Part shown: positions 16,892-25,430 of the stretch, in pieces | Position numbering within the stretch: position 1 is the first letter of the stretch | Layout of the letters: the number at the start of each line of letters is the position of its first letter | Notes under the pieces: generated by a model | Databases searched by the model: none | What the model was told of the DNA's origin: nothing | What the model saw: only the letters and a program-made list of their open reading frames with translations | Translations under genes and position numbers: made by a program | Assembly: GCA_050251875.1 (NCBI GenBank) | Contig: JBFWMA010000002.1 | Location: 192,001 to 256,000, forward strand | Direction of reading: 5' to 3' | Length of the DNA: 64,000 nt | From: Deferribacterales bacterium | GTDB lineage: Bacteria > Chrysiogenota > Deferribacteres > Deferribacterales > Geovibrionaceae

Positions 16892-19298
16892 AAAGACTGC
16901 TGACGCTCATGAATGCGGCGCTCAGAACAGGATGTACCTTGCCTGTGACAGCCAGCGGTATCATTATCAGATTATATGAAAAAGCCCAGAACAGATTCTC
17001 TTTTATCACTTTCAGTGTTTTAACGGATGTTTCGTGCAGAGTCTTTATAAGTCCCAGTTCCTCACGCATCAGCACTATGTCAGAGCTCTCTATGGCGATG
17101 TCGGTTCCCTGACCTATGGCTATGCCTATGTCTGCCGTGGTGAGCGCCGGAGCGTCATTGATGCCGTCTCCCACCATGGCGCATATTCTGCCGTCCTTCT
17201 GGAATGACCTGACTATATCCGCCTTCTGAAAAGGCGTAACGTCTGAAATGACCTCCAGTCCCTTCACATTCAGTCTTTCCGCCAGCTTTTCGGCGGCTTT
17301 TCTGTTGTCTCCGGTGACTATAACGGTTTTCAGCTTTTTATCCGCCAGATATTTCAGTGTTTTTTCGGCATCCGGCTTGATGCTGTCAGACAGGGTGATG
17401 ACTCCGGAGTATCTGCTGTCCACCGCAACGCACGCCGCAGTGAGTCCTTTTGATATCTTTTCGTCTATCATGGAATCGTTAATGGCGATTCCCTGTTCTT
17501 TTATATAGCTGGCGGTGCCGGCTGTTACTTTCCTGCCGTTTACAGAGCCTGAAACGCCTTTTCCCGGAGTTTCAGCGAAATCTGATACCGATACGAAGTC
17601 TTCCGTGAAAAAATCTGTCACAGCCTTAGCTATCAGGTGGGACGAGTTACGCTCCAGCGAAGCGGTGAGGGTGAGCAGTTCTTCTGCGGTCATGCCCTCG
17701 GGAATTATTTCCTCCACCTTCAGCTCGCCTTTGGTTATTGTGCCTGTTTTGTCGAACAGAAAGACGGAAGTCTTGCTGAATGTTTCTATGGTGTCGCCGG
17801 ATTTTGCTATGGCGCCCATTTTTGTTATTCTGGATGTGGCTATCAGGATGGCTAGCGGAGTAGCCAGCCCCAGTGCGCAGGGACATGCTATCACCAGCAC
17901 GGATACGGCTGTCATTACGGACAGCAGGACGTTATGGGACAGCAGATACCACACGATGAAAGTTCCCATCGAAACAGCCAAAATGGCGGGGACGAACCAA
18001 CCCACTACCTTGTCCGCTATGTTCTGTATGGGCGCTTTGGACGCCTGAGCGTCTTCCACAGCCTGAACTATGCGTGACAGCGTGGTTGAGCTGCCTGTGT
18101 GTTCCACACGCACCACCATGCTTCCGTTGATGTTGCCTGTTCCGGCGAACACCTTTTCGCCGATGGTTTTCAGTCTTGGCGAAGCCTCTCCGGTGAGCAT
18201 GGATTCGTTCACTTCGCTTCTGCCGTATATCACTTCTCCGTCAGCCGGAACAGAGTCGCCTGGGAGCACTTCCAGCAGGTCGCCCTGTCTTATCTGCTTC
18301 ACGGGGACTGTGACGGATTTTATGATGCCTTTGATGTAGTTTTCTTCGTTATAGCCATCCAGCAGGCGAACCTGTGAGGGCTGATATGTCAGCAGTTTGG
18401 ATACCGCGTTGGATGTGCGTACCTTTGCGCCGGCTTCAATGTATCTGCCCAGCAGTATCAGCGTTATTATATTGGCGGTGGTGTCGAAGTATATCTCCTG
18501 ATCCAGAAACAGGGCGAACACGCTGTAAACGTATGCCGTGAACGACCCGAGAAAAATCAGGGTGTCCATGGTGGTATGTCCTTTTCGTATGGCTGTCAGG
18601 GAGCTTCTGATGAAAGGCCAGCCGGAGTAGAACATGACAGGTGTGCACAGGGCCCACGCCGTATATTGAAAGAATACGCGCAGGCCGCTGTTGATCCCCT
18701 GAAAGTAACCGGCGTATAAAGCGACAGTATATATCATTAACTGCATTGTAAAAAACGCGGCTATGGAAAATCTGTAGAAATAATCCTTTTTCTCTTTTTC
18801 GTAGATGCTGGCGACTGATGATTCGCTCAGGGGCAGGGGGCAGTAGCCGATGGATGTTATCCTGTCGATGATCTCTTTTAGAGTTATCCTGCCTTTGGTC
18901 CATCTTATGCGGGCTTTGTGGGTGGCGTAGTTCACTCGAACCGATTCCACCCCTTCCGCCTTGTTAAGGTAATTTTCAATAAGCCAGATGCATGCGGCGC
19001 ATCGTATGCCGCTGAGAGCTATGTCCACTTCGTAGCTGTTTTCGTATTCTTTTACCGAGTCCACGAACAGCTCTTCAGAGACTTGGGAGGTTAGGGCGGC
19101 GCCCGCCTGCCAGCTCTCGTCCCGTTTGGAGTAAAACTTGCTGAACCCTTCTGTTTTCAGAATCTTATAGACTCCTTCACAGCCATGACAGCAGAAAAAC
19201 AAATCTTCGCCGTCTATGCACTCCTGTATTGCCTGATTTCTGTTGATCTCAAGCATGCAGTGGGCACAACGGACGGTCTTTTCATTCGTCATCGTCAT
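16857..19298 (-). CDS. ccoI: Cu-translocating P1B-type ATPase for cbb3 assembly (CcoI/FixI)
   Basis: N-terminal CxHC...CCxGC, HMA CAAC, TGE, CPC, DKTGT, GDGINDAP; located in the cco cluster. Confidence 0.92.
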   Translation of the reverse strand: MTMTNEKTVRCAHCMLEINRNQAIQECIDGEDLFFCCHGCEGVYKILKTEGFSKFYSKRDESWQAGAALTSQVSEELFVDSVKEYENSYEVDIALSGIRCAACIWLIENYLNKAEGVESVRVNYATHKARIRWTKGRITLKEIIDRITSIGYCPLPLSESSVASIYEKEKKDYFYRFSIAAFFTMQLMIYTVALYAGYFQGINSGLRVFFQYTAWALCTPVMFYSGWPFIRSSLTAIRKGHTTMDTLIFLGSFTAYVYSVFALFLDQEIYFDTTANIITLILLGRYIEAGAKVRTSNAVSKLLTYQPSQVRLLDGYNEENYIKGIIKSVTVPVKQIRQGDLLEVLPGDSVPADGEVIYGRSEVNESMLTGEASPRLKTIGEKVFAGTGNINGSMVVRVEHTGSSTTLSRIVQAVEDAQASKAPIQNIADKVVGWFVPAILAVSMGTFIVWYLLSHNVLLSVMTAVSVLVIACPCALGLATPLAILIATSRITKMGAIAKSGDTIETFSKTSVFLFDKTGTITKGELKVEEIIPEGMTAEELLTLTASLERNSSHLIAKAVTDFFTEDFVSVSDFAETPGKGVSGSVNGRKVTAGTASYIKEQGIAINDSMIDEKISKGLTAACVAVDSRYSGVITLSDSIKPDAEKTLKYLADKKLKTVIVTGDNRKAAEKLAERLNVKGLEVISDVTPFQKADIVRSFQKDGRICAMVGDGINDAPALTTADIGIAIGQGTDIAIESSDIVLMREELGLIKTLHETSVKTLKVIKENLFWAFSYNLIMIPLAVTGKVHPVLSAAFMSVSSLLVVFNSLRIKN

Positions 19299-19425
19299 CC
19301 ATCATGCGGTACTTGGGTCCTTCCATATCATCAAATTCCCCGGTTTTGCCTGCCCACAGAAAAATAGCGAGCACAATGACCCCCAGAATGAGGGAAACCG
19401 GAATCATGATATAAAGAGCTCCCAT
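19282..19425 (-). CDS. ccoS: cbb3 oxidase assembly protein CcoS/FixS (47 aa, absent from the ORF track)
   Basis: Hand translation MGALYIMIPVSLILGVIVLAIFLWAGKTGEFDDMEGPKYRMMDDDDE*; 'FLWA..GxFDD' FixS signature. Confidence 0.92.
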   Translation of the reverse strand: MGALYIMIPVSLILGVIVLAIFLWAGKTGEFDDMEGPKYRMMDDDDE

Positions 19426-19511
19426 TAGTTAGCGAATTTCATCGCGAAGTAAAGGGGGATACCTATCATAGCGATAAGTGAAAGAATCATTACGATTGTT
19501 CCGAGTCTCAT
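19425..19511 (-). CDS. 28-aa single-TM microprotein (absent from the ORF track)
   Basis: MRLGTIVMILSLIAMIGIPLYFAMKFAN*; RBS AGGAGG; stop overlaps the ccoS start (TAATG). Confidence 0.7.
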   Translation of the reverse strand: MRLGTIVMILSLIAMIGIPLYFAMKFAN

Positions 19512-19528
19512 AAAAATCCTCCTGCTGA

Positions 19529-19966
19529 TTATTGATTGATATAAAAATTATTCTGAAAGGAAATTTCCGTGCCGGAAACCTTTGCCCGTGCCTCCAGAAT
19601 AAAATTGCCGTATCCGTCAGTTGTGAAAGAGCCGTGATATGCTCCGTCATCTCCTGCTTCCGCTTTCAGCGTTTGTGTGCCGCTGGTGGAACCCGGTCTT
19701 TCTATATAAAATGTGAGCCCGTCCAGCTCTGTTCCCTCGTTCATGCGCAGAGTGAAAGATACGTTTACGTTTTCTCCTTCTCTGGCGGTTTTGATATCTG
19801 CGAGGGCGAGCCCGTTATCTTCTATGATGTGTTTTATCTTGTTATAGTCAAGTCCGGTCTCATAGGGCTTTTCGGTCACTTTGCCGTCGAACAGCTTGTT
19901 ACCGTAATAGATAGACGGCGCTATGGTTATGAGAGCCAATAAAATTATAAAAAGTGTTACCTTCAT
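19529..19966 (-). CDS. ccoH: FixH/CcoH-family protein
   Basis: N-terminal TM, 'DGKVTEKPYETGLDYN', Ig-like C-terminus; follows ccoG. Confidence 0.8.
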   Translation of the reverse strand: MKVTLFIILLALITIAPSIYYGNKLFDGKVTEKPYETGLDYNKIKHIIEDNGLALADIKTAREGENVNVSFTLRMNEGTELDGLTFYIERPGSTSGTQTLKAEAGDDGAYHGSFTTDGYGNFILEARAKVSGTEISFQNNFYINQ

Positions 19967-21189
19967 TATTTATCCTTTTTCTTTGCTCTGATGGGTCTGC
20001 GGAAGCTCAGTTCGCTCTCCTGGACAGCCTTGCCGTCACCTGCGTCAGCCAGCATATTCAGGCTGAGTATGGGCATTTTCTCCAGCTTTTCTTCCGGGAT
20101 GAAGAGAAAAACCTTCTGTTTCATGGTGGCGTCCGGCTGCACCTTAATGGGTGATTCGTACTGAAGCTCGTATTTATCTGTTCCCTCCATAGAGAGGGTG
20201 ACGCTGATAACCTCATCTGAGGTGTTTTTCAGCATTATTTCGTATGAGTTTATGATGCTGCCTTCCTTGGTTCTGGGCATAAAGCTCTGGTTCGGGAAAA
20301 CCTCGAACTCGAATGGCTTCACGTTGACCGCCATGTAGATGAAGGCGAAGAGGAAAAGCAGTGTGACCGCTCCTGTTATAAGCACGTTTACCCTGAACGG
20401 ATTCTGTTTTTTATCAAAACCGAATATGTAGTGTATCAGAGTGGGGTGGTCTTTCTTCTGCATAACTTTGGCGCAGGCTGTGATGCACTGTCCGCAGTTT
20501 ATGCAGGCGGAGACCAGACCTTTTCGAATGTCCAGATCCACGGGGCAGGTGCGCACGCACGCCTTGCACTGGATACATCTGTCACGGGTGTCAGGATCCA
20601 TAGCCACTATCAGGGTGTTTTTGTCGAACATAATCGACTGTAGCTTGGAATAGGGGCATATGGTGGTGCAGAACTTATATCTGACAAAGGCGAAGTTGAG
20701 ATAGGTTATCACTGTCAGCGCCAGACAGAACATTTTTGTGACGTGGCTCAGTGTTCCTTTTGATATATCATGCATAAAGTCATATGGCGAAACAAAGTAA
20801 AAGACCAGCCACACGCCTATTACGGCGCTGACCAGAATTATGATTATATGGTTTATGACCTGTGTCAGAGCGGTCCTGTCTTTCTTGTCAAAAAAGCCTG
20901 TGAGGCTGATGATGGCTGTATGAGGACAGAACCATCCGCACCATATCCGCCCGTAGAGCTGTGTTACGAGTATCGCTAAAAAAGTTATAAAAAACGTAAG
21001 TATCAGCAGGATAAAGAAGTTCTCTATCCATACCGATGTCCCGAAAACAAACAGACGCAGACTGGGTATGTCGAACCTCAGAGCGCTCTGTCCGTTGATT
21101 TTGATAAAAGGAATAGAGAGGAACAGCAGGGTGTTTATTATCCTGACTATCCATCTGTATTTTTGAAGATTAATCATCGTCATCATCAT
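19966..21189 (-). CDS. ccoG: cbb3 oxidase accessory 4Fe-4S protein CcoG/FixG
   Basis: 'GRIWCGWFCP', 'FCTTICPY', CxxCxxCxxxCP, 'CINCGQCITAC'. Confidence 0.92.
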   Translation of the reverse strand: MMMTMINLQKYRWIVRIINTLLFLSIPFIKINGQSALRFDIPSLRLFVFGTSVWIENFFILLILTFFITFLAILVTQLYGRIWCGWFCPHTAIISLTGFFDKKDRTALTQVINHIIIILVSAVIGVWLVFYFVSPYDFMHDISKGTLSHVTKMFCLALTVITYLNFAFVRYKFCTTICPYSKLQSIMFDKNTLIVAMDPDTRDRCIQCKACVRTCPVDLDIRKGLVSACINCGQCITACAKVMQKKDHPTLIHYIFGFDKKQNPFRVNVLITGAVTLLFLFAFIYMAVNVKPFEFEVFPNQSFMPRTKEGSIINSYEIMLKNTSDEVISVTLSMEGTDKYELQYESPIKVQPDATMKQKVFLFIPEEKLEKMPILSLNMLADAGDGKAVQESELSFRRPIRAKKKDK

Positions 21190-21319
21190 CCAGCATTCTG
21201 TATTTTGCTTCTTCTACTGAGTCTTTTCTCTTTTTTGAGTAGTAATAGAAAATTATCGCCGCAAAAATCACCACCAGGGCGATTCCGTATATAAGAAATG
21301 AGTAAACGCTTCCGATCAT
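21170..21319 (-). CDS. ccoQ: CcoQ/FixQ-like small subunit (49 aa, absent from the ORF track)
   Basis: Hand translation MIGSVYSFLIYGIALVVIFAAIIFYYYSKKRKDSVEEAKYRMLDDDDDD*; single TM, basic patch and acidic tail; G-rich RBS. Confidence 0.8.
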   Translation of the reverse strand: MIGSVYSFLIYGIALVVIFAAIIFYYYSKKRKDSVEEAKYRMLDDDDDD

Positions 21320-21332
21320 TTTATCCCCCGCA

Positions 21333-21363
21333 TAAAATAGGGAGGGAGCCGAAGCCCCCTCCT
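21333..21363 (-). terminator. Internal terminator-like hairpin in the cco operon
   Basis: Minus strand GGAGGGGGC-TTCG-GCTCCCTCC-CTATTTTAT. Confidence 0.65.
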
Positions 21364-21370
21364 GAGGTTG

Positions 21371-21565
21371 TTATTTAGGCATATCCTGCATGGACTGCTC
21401 AAGCTGTTTTTCCTGAGTCCATCCTGTGAAAGCAGGAGTATACGCATATACATAGTAAATGCCGAATACTATCAGACCGATAAAGAGTATCAGCCATCCG
21501 AGGGGAAGTGCGTTTTCTGTGTCTTCCCTGCTGAATTCTTCAAGATTATCGAATTCTTCTTGCAT
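21371..21565 (-). CDS. Stand-alone CcoP N-terminal (FixP_N) membrane domain protein
   Basis: 'ENALPLGWLILF....FGIYY.Y....WTQEKQLE' resembles the CcoP N-terminus; no CxxCH. Confidence 0.8.
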   Translation of the reverse strand: MQEEFDNLEEFSREDTENALPLGWLILFIGLIVFGIYYVYAYTPAFTGWTQEKQLEQSMQDMPK

Positions 21566-21577
21566 TTCGCGCCTCCC

Positions 21578-22465
21578 TTACTGTTTCAGGCTGTTGATGT
21601 ATGACACAACAGACCAGATTTTATCTTTGCTGAGTTTAGCGGCATAAGAGGGCATAGCGCCTTCGAAACCGTTAGCCACTGTCACATATGTGTCAGCGTC
21701 AGCGTTGCCTGCCTGCGCATAGTCAACGATAGAAGCGCCTATATTGCCCTCAGCGTTCTGTCCGTGACATCCTGCGCACTCAGCCTTGAATATTGCCTGA
21801 CCCATAGCCACTGCCTCGGGGCTGTCACCCATGGGGTTAGCCTGTTCAACATTTGCGGGGTCAACAACGATGGCTTCTTTCTTAGCCACAGATGCGCCGA
21901 TTACCTGCATGTAGGCTACCAGAGCGTCAAGCTGTGTCTGATCCGCCAGAGCGGCCATCTCTTCCTCTGTGTAGGGGAAGCCGTTTGTGTCCATGTGCGC
22001 TTTGATTTCTGCGGGGTTCAGTTTTTTAGTCTTCAGCCAAGGATACTTGGGCATGTTAGACTTAGGATAGAACGCCTGAGGATTTTCAAAGTGCTGGATG
22101 TGCCACTCATCAGGATATTTTCCGCCGATTCTCGCAAGATCGGGACCTGTACGCTTAGAACCCCAAAGGAAGGGTCTGTCATAAGCGAATTCGCCCGCTT
22201 TGGAGTAGTCGCCGTATCTCAGGACGTCAGCCTTAAGAGGACGTACTGTCTGTGTGTGGCAGTTAACGCAGCCTTCTGACATGTAGATATCTTTACCTGC
22301 CAGCTGAAGGGCTGTGTATGTTGTGAGGTTCTCTGTTTTCGGGTGCATGCCTGATGTGAACATAGGCAGGAACACAGTAACGATAGTACCGATGAGCACT
22401 GTTACCGCGGCGAGTACGGAGAACACGAGAGCTTTGCTGTAGATCGAGTTTTCATGATTGCTCAT
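21578..22465 (-). CDS. ccoO: cbb3 oxidase subunit II (CcoO) with fused C-terminal cytochrome c domain
   Basis: 'EGCVNCHTQTVRP', 'WGSKRTGPDLAR', 'SNMPKY'; second heme 'CAGCHG...GAMP'. Confidence 0.93.
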   Translation of the reverse strand: MSNHENSIYSKALVFSVLAAVTVLIGTIVTVFLPMFTSGMHPKTENLTTYTALQLAGKDIYMSEGCVNCHTQTVRPLKADVLRYGDYSKAGEFAYDRPFLWGSKRTGPDLARIGGKYPDEWHIQHFENPQAFYPKSNMPKYPWLKTKKLNPAEIKAHMDTNGFPYTEEEMAALADQTQLDALVAYMQVIGASVAKKEAIVVDPANVEQANPMGDSPEAVAMGQAIFKAECAGCHGQNAEGNIGASIVDYAQAGNADADTYVTVANGFEGAMPSYAAKLSKDKIWSVVSYINSLKQ

Positions 22466-22476
22466 TGTGTGCCTCC

Positions 22477-23877
22477 TTACGCAGCTTGTTTGGCAAGATC
22501 ATTGCCTTTTTTGATTGTCATGAGAACGTTATATACGAAGAACAGCATACCCACGACAAAGATGATTCCGGCAACGGTTCTCATCTGCCAGTAGGGGTAG
22601 TTGCGTACGAGCGTTTCCATGAATGTATACTGAAGTGTGCCGTCAGCGGCTGTCATCTTCAGCATGGCTCCCTGCTGGATACCTGTAATCCACATAGTGA
22701 TGGAGAACATAAGCTGTCCCACAAGAACAAGCCAGAAGTGTGTGTTGGCTATTTTTTCGCTGTATATCGTAGTTTTATACATAGCGGGGATCATATAGTA
22801 TACTGACGCGCAGATAACCATTGTTACCCATCCCATAGTACCCATGTGAACGTGACCGGGAACCCAGTCGGTGTAGTGGATGAGGGAGGAGATAACTCTG
22901 ATACCCTGTGAAGGACCCTGAATAGTCTGAAGACCGTAGAATGTGATACCAACGATGAAGAACTTGGTAAGGTACTGAGTTCTCATCTTGGACCAGTCTC
23001 TGTCCACGGTGAAATATCCGTTCACAACAGAACCCCATGACGGAGCGATGAGGAAAAGTGTGAAGGCGATCCCCAGTGTCTGAATCCAGTCGGGCAGGGG
23101 AGTGTACACAAGGTGGTGCGCTCCTGTCCACAGATAGGCGAATATCAGCGACCAGAAAGAGATGATGGAAAGTCTGTGGCTGTATATAGGAAGCCCGGTA
23201 GATTTAGGAAGGAAATAGTAGAACATGGCGAGGATAGGTGTAGTAAAGAGGAAACCTACCGCGTTGTGTCCATACCACCACTCCACGTTGGCGCTGTTTA
23301 CACCGGCAAATACAGAGTATGATTTGAACAGTGTAGAGGGGATAGCGAGGTTGTTTACGATGTACAGAATAGCTACAGTGATGATAGTGGCTATAACGTA
23401 CCAGAGAGAAACGTACATGTTTTTCTCTTTTCTGGTGAAAACGTTGCCGAGAACGTTGATGGCGAACAGCACCCAAAGAATGACGATGGCGATGTCGATG
23501 GGCCACTCGAACTCAGCGTATTCCAGTGATTGGTTCATACCGATGAAGAGTGACAGAGTAGCGAGAACCATTCCGGCGTTGAAAAGCCAAAGATGGAATC
23601 TGGCGAGCTTAGGCAGAACCAGAGGACGCTTTGTCAGCCTCATAACGATATAATAAAAAAGACCGAATTCCGCACCGATACCGAGACCGTATGCCAGAAC
23701 ATTGGTGTGAACGGTTCTAAGTCTGCCGTATGAGAAATACTCACCAAAGTTAAGGTTAGCATCCCAAAGCTGGGCAGAGATAAGAAGACCGATCACAAGA
23801 CCAATAACTCCCCAGAAGATGGCAGAGAGAACAAATCCCTGCACCGTCTTGTAGTCGTAATGAAACTCGTTGTTCAT
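22477..23877 (-). CDS. ccoN: cbb3-type cytochrome c oxidase subunit I
   Basis: 'GRLRTVHTN', 'EYAEFEWP', 'WWYGHNAVGF', 'GAHHL', 'GHVHMG'. Confidence 0.96.
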   Translation of the reverse strand: MNNEFHYDYKTVQGFVLSAIFWGVIGLVIGLLISAQLWDANLNFGEYFSYGRLRTVHTNVLAYGLGIGAEFGLFYYIVMRLTKRPLVLPKLARFHLWLFNAGMVLATLSLFIGMNQSLEYAEFEWPIDIAIVILWVLFAINVLGNVFTRKEKNMYVSLWYVIATIITVAILYIVNNLAIPSTLFKSYSVFAGVNSANVEWWYGHNAVGFLFTTPILAMFYYFLPKSTGLPIYSHRLSIISFWSLIFAYLWTGAHHLVYTPLPDWIQTLGIAFTLFLIAPSWGSVVNGYFTVDRDWSKMRTQYLTKFFIVGITFYGLQTIQGPSQGIRVISSLIHYTDWVPGHVHMGTMGWVTMVICASVYYMIPAMYKTTIYSEKIANTHFWLVLVGQLMFSITMWITGIQQGAMLKMTAADGTLQYTFMETLVRNYPYWQMRTVAGIIFVVGMLFFVYNVLMTIKKGNDLAKQAA

Positions 23878-24321
23878 TCAGACCTCCTGCTGTGATTTGA
23901 ATTTAAAAAACAGTTCTTCACTGTTAAAAAGAAACTCTTTTATCTTAGCCTGTTTTAAGCGTTCCTCCACGTCATTCTGAAGGTTGCTGAACAGTCTGTT
24001 GATCTTGCAAATAGGGAAAAGCTGACACTTGTCGTTGTTGGAGAGGCAGGTATTCACACGGGATGAGAACCCCATGCAGACCAGAATATCGTATACGCTG
24101 GAGTCGAAGACTTTTTCGGATACGGTGTATCCGCCTTCTTTGCCTGTTTTTGTGTCCACAAAACCGCCCGTTTTCAGTCGGTTCATTATCTTGACAACTA
24201 TGGGGCGTGACAGAAACAGGGCAGAGCAAATCTCCTGTATTTTCACCTTTCTCCTCACTGTTGCCAGATACACAATGATGCGTATGGCATAGTCTTCTTC
24301 CCGTAGAATAAATGAATTCAA
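23878..24321 (-). CDS. Rrf2-family transcriptional regulator with three-Cys motif
   Basis: 'DYAIR', 'G..GGY', C-x6-C-x5-C; TTG start with RBS GAGGT. Confidence 0.88.
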   Translation of the reverse strand: MNSFILREEDYAIRIIVYLATVRRKVKIQEICSALFLSRPIVVKIMNRLKTGGFVDTKTGKEGGYTVSEKVFDSSVYDILVCMGFSSRVNTCLSNNDKCQLFPICKINRLFSNLQNDVEERLKQAKIKEFLFNSEELFFKFKSQQEV

Positions 24322-24370
24322 TTGTATACCTCTATGGTATACAATACCTTGTATGGAATATTTTTGTCAA
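24321..24370 (-). promoter_or_regulatory. Promoter (TTGACA-18-TATTGT) with overlapping 10-5-10 palindromic operator
   Basis: ATTGTATACC-TCTAT-GGTATACAAT at 24321-24345; TGTCAA (minus TTGACA) at 24365-24370. Confidence 0.65.
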
Positions 24371-24398
24371 CTAAAGATGATGAATGTCTACAAATTAA

Positions 24399-24674
24399 TT
24401 ACACATCTTTGTTATTATCAATGTTTAACATAAATTCACCTGAACGAAGGTTCGCATAGGCTTTTTTCAGCCTTTCCATGATGAATTCATAGCTGTTTTC
24501 ATCGTGATTTCTGACGCACTGTGAGCAGTCTTTTATGTTTCCGGACCACACAGGGTCTCCGCCGCAGTCTTTAAAGAAATAAAGAGGGCAATAGCAGAAA
24601 AGACAGTTCTGTCCGTCCAGCTTATGACACGGATAATACTCACATTTTTCGTTGGTGAAATGTTTATAGCTCAA
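24399..24674 (-). CDS. Cysteine-rich small domain (zf-like) protein
   Basis: 'CEYYPCH...NCLFCYCPLY...CGG...KDCSQC'; TTG 24674 after GGAG preferred over 24686. Confidence 0.85.
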   Translation of the reverse strand: MSYKHFTNEKCEYYPCHKLDGQNCLFCYCPLYFFKDCGGDPVWSGNIKDCSQCVRNHDENSYEFIMERLKKAYANLRSGEFMLNIDNNKDV

Positions 24675-24746
24675 TGAACGCTCCAATATTATTGTAACAT
24701 CGGTATTATTATAATCAAATGAAACTGGTCGGTTTTCGGAAAAAGA

Positions 24747-25430
24747 TTATCTGGGTTTCTTGTTCTTGGCTTTCACTTCTCTGCTGTTCAGCTCTGTGAT
24801 AACCTCTGTGGCTGTGGTTTTGGCTGTTTTGGATGTTTCATCCTTCATATGTTTGGCTAGTTTAATGGCTTTCTGTCTGTTTTTTTCGTCTCTTTTGCCT
24901 ATATTGCGCAGAGCCCAGCTTACGGCCTTTCTCACATAGTTTCTGCTGTCGTCACATTCGTTCATTATCAGTGTGAAATAGCTGTCTATCTCGCTTTCGG
25001 AAAGTTCTTTGTCTTTCAGCGCCAGGTTGGCTATGATGGCGAATCCGGCTCTTTTCACGAATATTTCGTTCTGAACAGCCCATTCATAAGCCTTCATCTT
25101 GCCCAGCTCGGTTTTATAGGCGAGGTTGTTGCAAAACTGGTCGCACAGATCCCATGAGTTCAGATCCATAACCCATTTCTCCATAAGCTCAGAACCGCAC
25201 TGGTGCTTGTCGGCTATCATGGTGGCGAGAATTCTCGCCTCGTGCTGTTCTGTCGCCCAGAGCTGAAGAGCCAGCTCGTGGTCTATGCGGATGTCTTTCG
25301 CTATGGAGCGCAGGTCTGCCACCTTTGTTCCGCAGGCTTTGGCTGTGTTTATGCCTACTTTTGCCATTTCGGCTTTGTTTTCTTCAGAAGATAACTCGTT
25401 TATTTTGTCCAGAGCTTCCTGCAATGTCAT
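24747..25430 (-). CDS. DNA alkylation repair protein (AlkD-like HEAT repeat)
   Basis: 'LW....HEAR.LA', 'SWDLCD', 'YVRKAVSWALRNIGK'. Confidence 0.88.
   Translation of the reverse strand: MTLQEALDKINELSSEENKAEMAKVGINTAKACGTKVADLRSIAKDIRIDHELALQLWATEQHEARILATMIADKHQCGSELMEKWVMDLNSWDLCDQFCNNLAYKTELGKMKAYEWAVQNEIFVKRAGFAIIANLALKDKELSESEIDSYFTLIMNECDDSRNYVRKAVSWALRNIGKRDEKNRQKAIKLAKHMKDETSKTAKTTATEVITELNSREVKAKNKKPR

Noticed and set aside
16632..17112. ORFs 16632-16814 and 16783-17112
   Set aside because: By-products of the repeat; the second runs antisense into ccoI; no recognisable protein features.
19429..19650. 73-aa minus-strand ORF from the track
   Set aside because: Overlaps fixH out of frame; the strong RBS points instead to the 28-aa ORF 19425-19511.
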